18,641 bases of DNA from Acidimicrobiia bacterium (GTDB lineage: Bacteria; Actinomycetota; Acidimicrobiia; Spongiisociales; UBA5794), in contig JASJAX010000083.1 in the NCBI GenBank assembly GCA_030066755.1, positions 1-18,641 on the forward strand, in the 5' to 3' direction. Position 1 is the first letter of the stretch. The number at the start of each line of letters is the position of its first letter. A program made the position numbers and the translations under genes. Shown in pieces: positions 16,439 through 18,641 of this stretch. The notes under the pieces were generated by a model. The model did no database searches. It was not told where the DNA came from and saw only the letters and a program-made list of their open reading frames with translations.

Positions 16439-18640
16439 CTAGCTGCGAAACAGCCACTCGACGTCTTCGCCGAGGAACGCGCGGATCTCTTCGGCGAGTT
16501 GGGGATGTGAAACGAGATCGGGATCGTCGGCGACCAAAGCAAACGCCTCGCGGCGCGCTGCGACGAGCGCGTCGGCATCGCGGAGAATGTCGGCGAGCTT
16601 GAGGTCCTTCATGCCGGCTTGGCGAGTCCCGAAGACGGTCCCTTGACCCCGGATCCTGAGATCCTCCTCGGCGAGGCGGAAACCGTCGTTCGTTGCGACC
16701 ATCGCGGCAAGACGCTCCTCACCGTCTGACGTCGTCGGTTCGGCCACCAGGATGCAGTAGGAGGCGTGCTTGCCTCGCCCCACGCGACCCCGCAGCTGAT
16801 GGAGCTGGCTGAGGCCGAATCGGTCCGCATCCTCGATCACCATGACGGTTGCGTTGGGAATGTCGATCCCGACCTCGATCACGGTCGTTGCGACCAAAAC
16901 GTCGAGCTCACGGGCCCGGAACTGGTGCATGACCCGGTCCTTATCTTCGGGTCGCAGCTGACCGTGCAACAGCCCAAGGCGAAGATCCGGGAACACATCC
17001 TGCAGGCGGTGGTACTCGGCGGTTGCGGATACCACCTCCAGCTTGTCGCTGTCGTCGACGAGCGGACAGACAACGAAGGCCTGGCGACCTGCGAGGACCT
17101 CCTGCCGCACGAGATCCCACACCGGTTGGAGCTCGTGCTCCGCCTTGGTCACATGACGGGTCGCAACGGGAGTGCGGCCGGGCGGCATCTCGTCGAGCAC
17201 CGACACATCGAGGTCGCCGTACAGGGTCATCGACAGCGTGCGTGGAATCGGCGTCGCCGTCATGATGAGCAGGTCGGGGTCGTAGTCGTCGACCTTCTCA
17301 CGCAGCTGAACACGCTGGTACACACCAAATCGGTGTTGTTCGTCGACCACGGCAACACCGAGTCGATCGAAGTGGAGCCCCTCCTGAATCAACGCGTGGG
17401 TGCCCACGACGAGATCGACCGAGCCGTCCCCGATCCACGACACGACGTCGGACCTACGGGCGGTCCCAGGCGGCAGGAAGTTGAGCTCGGCGTAGTTCGA
17501 GGTGAGCAACGCCATCTTCACCATGGGACGTTCCTCAGTCGAGGGTGCATCGGCGAACAAGTTGTCCATTCCGGTCGGCGCTGCGGCATCCTCGAGTCCG
17601 GGGCCGATGCCCGCTTCGTCGAGCAACTCTCGAATCCCGAGATAGTGCTGTTCGGCGAGCACCTCCGTCGGAGCCATCACGGCGCCTTGGAAACCACCTT
17701 GCACACCTGTGAGGAGTGTCGCCACGGCGACCACCGTCTTGCCCGACCCCACCTCTCCCTGCAGGAGACGGTGCATGGGATGGGGAGTCGCCAAGTCCCG
17801 GGCGATTTCGTCGACGGCCCGACGCTGCGCACCGGTCAGCTCGTACGGCAGTGCTGAGAGGAAGGCCGACACCAAGGTCGCGTCGACACGGTGCTCCACC
17901 CCGGCGGACTCGTCGATCTGTTGGTGTTTGCGTAACGCCAGCGCGATTTCGAGCCGGAACAGCTCATCGAACACCAACCTCCGCCGGGCCGCGTCGGCCT
18001 CGGCTCTCGTGTCCGGGAAGTGGATCCCGGCGATGGCGGCGTCACGATCGACGAGGTCGTACCGGTCGAGCAGGTCTTCGGGCAACACCTCGTGAATCGG
18101 TCGGGCACGCAGGAGGGCGTTGTGAATCGCCTTCCGTAGGTTCCACGGGCTGAATCCAGCGGCCGACGAGTGGATGGGAACCACTCGTCCGGTCACGAGC
18201 CCGTCGTTGCCCCGATCCACGTCCGGCGACTTCATCTGCAGTTTGCCCCGGAATCGTTCGAGCTTGCCGGACAGCAGGAGCTCCTCCCCTTCTCTGATCC
18301 GGATGTACGGGTTGAACCACACAGCGTTGAGCACACTGGTGCCATCGGTGATCACCGCCGTCGTCATGACGCGCCGTCGAGGCAACCGCCGCTGATCAAC
18401 GGAGAGCACCGTGCCGCCCACCGTCACCTCCTCACCGAGGGGGACATCCGACAGATCGAAGACCTGCGATCGATCCAGGTAACGACGCGGAACGTGCAGC
18501 AACAGATCAGCCACCGAAGGTATCCCGGCTTCGGTCAGCCGTTTCACCGTCTTGGGCCCGATGCCCTTCACCGAATCGACCGGCAGATCCTTCAGGTACG
18601 CCAGCGGTCGACCCGGTTGATCCCGAGGAGCCTCAGCCAT
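16439..18640 (-). CDS. recG: ATP-dependent DNA helicase RecG
   Basis: 733 aa. N-terminal wedge/OB domain, helicase motifs GEVGSGKT (Walker A), DEQHRFG (DEQH box), a TATPIPRT motif and a C-terminal region typical of RecG. The ATG is at 18638-18640, at the window edge. Confidence 0.92.
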   Translation of the reverse strand: MAEAPRDQPGRPLAYLKDLPVDSVKGIGPKTVKRLTEAGIPSVADLLLHVPRRYLDRSQVFDLSDVPLGEEVTVGGTVLSVDQRRLPRRRVMTTAVITDGTSVLNAVWFNPYIRIREGEELLLSGKLERFRGKLQMKSPDVDRGNDGLVTGRVVPIHSSAAGFSPWNLRKAIHNALLRARPIHEVLPEDLLDRYDLVDRDAAIAGIHFPDTRAEADAARRRLVFDELFRLEIALALRKHQQIDESAGVEHRVDATLVSAFLSALPYELTGAQRRAVDEIARDLATPHPMHRLLQGEVGSGKTVVAVATLLTGVQGGFQGAVMAPTEVLAEQHYLGIRELLDEAGIGPGLEDAAAPTGMDNLFADAPSTEERPMVKMALLTSNYAELNFLPPGTARRSDVVSWIGDGSVDLVVGTHALIQEGLHFDRLGVAVVDEQHRFGVYQRVQLREKVDDYDPDLLIMTATPIPRTLSMTLYGDLDVSVLDEMPPGRTPVATRHVTKAEHELQPVWDLVRQEVLAGRQAFVVCPLVDDSDKLEVVSATAEYHRLQDVFPDLRLGLLHGQLRPEDKDRVMHQFRARELDVLVATTVIEVGIDIPNATVMVIEDADRFGLSQLHQLRGRVGRGKHASYCILVAEPTTSDGEERLAAMVATNDGFRLAEEDLRIRGQGTVFGTRQAGMKDLKLADILRDADALVAARREAFALVADDPDLVSHPQLAEEIRAFLGEDVEWLFRS

Positions 18641-18641
18641 G

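Overview
The window is visibly GC-rich and looks like actinobacterial chromosomal DNA with strong strand polarisation. The first ~2.1 kb holds a truncated plus-strand ORF (6..248) and a translationally coupled etfB-etfA pair (353..2065). After a convergent hairpin terminator at 2101..2132, every supported gene from 2142 to 18640 is on the minus strand, 18 in a row, with short gaps or start/stop overlaps. Read in the direction of transcription these are: recG, rsmD, coaD, a coiled-coil protein that may be DivIVA/SepIVA-like, a DUF177/YceD-like protein, rpmF, plsX, rnc, fpg/mutM, acyP, smc, ftsY, cdd, a RarD/EamA transporter, a small 2-TM protein, and an NfeD-flotillin(SPFH)-lipoprotein membrane module. 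The recG-to-ftsY order is the conserved actinobacterial arrangement; the cdd/rarD/flotillin module sits downstream of it. There are no rRNA or tRNA genes, no CRISPR arrays and no obvious mobile elements. The most unusual feature is a set of four intergenic tandem arrays with a strict 7-nt period: (CGTCAGT)x3 at 2079..2099; a GTAGCCN array at 10947..10974; (GTAGCCA)x2+(CCAGCCA)x9 at 14521..14600; and a degenerate TCNCAAG array at 16400..16434. Each lies at a gene boundary or 5' leader, and two loci share the same GTAGCCA unit. Read on the sense strand of its downstream genes, the longest array is a G2-tract run (GGTGGCT)n that contains the octamer GCTGGTGG at every repeat junction. Several ORF-track start codons are probably wrong (acyP, yceD, rsmD, coaD, plsX, rarD), and I give refined starts based on overlaps and family-typical N-termini. 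All long ORFs antisense to these genes are treated as GC-driven artefacts.
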